A stretch of 64,000 nucleotides of DNA from an uncultured Burkholderiales bacterium (GTDB lineage: Bacteria > Pseudomonadota > Gammaproteobacteria > Burkholderiales > Usitatibacteraceae): assembly GCA_947085425.1 (NCBI GenBank), contig CAMTWK010000026.1, positions 6,507 through 70,506 on the forward strand, given 5' to 3'. The position numbers and the translations under genes were made by a program. This document shows, piece after piece, positions 63,010-64,000 of this stretch (position 1 is its first letter; each line of letters starts with the position of its first letter). The notes under the pieces were generated by a model, which was not told the DNA's origin, did no database searches, and was given only the letters and a program-made list of their open reading frames with translations.

Positions 63010-63621
63010 ATGCAAATTAAGCGTTTTTTCGTGTTGTCAATTTGCTCCAAAAACGCCGCAGCCTTCGCTGCGGCGTTTTTGCTGGTTACCACCGTCATCA
63101 ATGCGCAACCGTTGCCGCCTGATAAGTCGGTTGCCGGCAATCCAGCCACGGCAGCACCGTTGGCATCGACAAAACCTGCCGTATCCACCACAGCGGCTCC
63201 CGTAACAGCCATACCTGCCAACACCGCGGTCCCCCTCAAATTATTTGTCACTATTGGTGATCGGCCGGCGGTGTTGTTTGATGCCCCGTCCAATCGCGCC
63301 AACAAAATTTTCATCGTTGTGCGCCTGACACCGCTGGAATTACTGGTGAAACTCGAAAAAATGACCAAAGTTCGCGATGCCGACGGCATTGTCGGCTGGG
63401 TGGATAACGACGCTCTTGGTTCGCGCCGTCACGTGCAAGTTTTCGTGCCTGTTGCGACTGTGCGTACGACACCCAGTGCCACGGGAAATTTGTTATTCGA
63501 TGCACAACGCAGCGTACTGCTGGAGGTAACCGGTGCCACGACCGCCGATGGTTGGTTACCGGTCAAACATCGGGACGGTCAAGGTGGATTTATTCAGCTG
63601 TCTCAGATTTGGGGTGGTTAA
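63010..63621 (+). CDS. Secreted bacterial SH3-domain protein
   Basis: 203 aa with a signal peptide and two SH3b-like segments (KVRDADGIVGWVDNDAL; ADGWLPVKHRDGQGGFIQLSQIW). Confidence 0.6.
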   Translation: MQIKRFFVLSICSKNAAAFAAAFLLVTTVINAQPLPPDKSVAGNPATAAPLASTKPAVSTTAAPVTAIPANTAVPLKLFVTIGDRPAVLFDAPSNRANKIFIVVRLTPLELLVKLEKMTKVRDADGIVGWVDNDALGSRRHVQVFVPVATVRTTPSATGNLLFDAQRSVLLEVTGATTADGWLPVKHRDGQGGFIQLSQIWGG

Positions 63622-63657
63622 TATGCGCGGCTTTTATCCTTGCCGACCAAGCAAAGC

Positions 63658-64000
63658 GTGAAGATCGCCATACTCGGTGCCGGCGCTTGGGGAACGGCTT
63701 TGGCGGTGGCGCTTGCCAAAAAAAATTCGGTCGTATTGTGGGGCCGGGACAAGTCGCAAATGGCTGCACTGGCCTCAACCCGGGTCAATCAAAAATATTT
63801 ACCGGAAATTCAGCTGCCTGAAAATATCAACATCACCAGCAACTTATGTGATGCGGTTGCAGATGCCGATGTTGTTCTGATCGCCACATCAACCGCCGGT
63901 CTGGCCGATACTATTACCGCCATCAACGCCGTTACCACTCTGGCCCCGCCCATCATATGGGCGTGTAAAGGATTTGTTCGGGCGACCGGGCTGCTGCCGC
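63658..64000 (+). CDS. gpsA: NAD(P)H-dependent glycerol-3-phosphate dehydrogenase, N-terminal 114 aa (runs off the right edge)
   Basis: Absent from the ORF track because it is open to the edge. GTG 63658 gives (M)KIAILGAGAWGTALAVALAKKNSVVLWGRDKSQMAALASTRVNQKYLPEIQLPENI, the GpsA Rossmann N-terminus. It follows secB as in many proteobacteria. Confidence 0.9.
   Translation, partial: MKIAILGAGAWGTALAVALAKKNSVVLWGRDKSQMAALASTRVNQKYLPEIQLPENINITSNLCDAVADADVVLIATSTAGLADTITAINAVTTLAPPIIWACKGFVRATGLLP

Overview
This 64-kb chromosomal window reads like a Betaproteobacterium, judged by gene content and synteny only. Markers are a Bug/TctC receptor, the birA-coaX pair, a complete system I ccm operon, the rpsU-yqeY-dnaG-rpoD block with divergent tsaD, and gpmA / rhodanese-grxC-secB-gpsA. 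Left to right: the dcw-cluster start (mraZ-rsmH, minus strand); an OmpR-type two-component pair divergent from a VIT-like secreted protein; housekeeping genes; a large hybrid sensor kinase next to a decayed sensor-kinase pseudogene; NfeD/SPFH; and ccmI-ccmABCDEFGH plus a coupled CoA-binding gene. The main result is a tightly coupled seven-gene operon at 24.8-38.9 kb, transcribed divergently from ccm. It encodes a putative di-haem-b membrane protein, an FHA-like/TM/decahaem fusion, a lipoprotein with two GlcG-like domains, an outer-membrane-barrel-like protein, a 1280-aa decahaem + LVIVD-propeller protein, a pentahaem protein and a cytoplasmic flavo/cNMP/FeS fusion. I interpret it as a candidate undescribed trans-envelope redox conduit. 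After it lies a 6.9-kb AT-rich island integrated in a tRNA(CAT) gene and bounded by 46-bp direct repeats. The island carries an integrase, a HUH Rep-like gene, three unlisted small genes, a short recombinase and an m5C R-M cassette bracketed by an IS remnant and a MITE. All functional calls rest on motifs read by eye from the translations; no database search was run.
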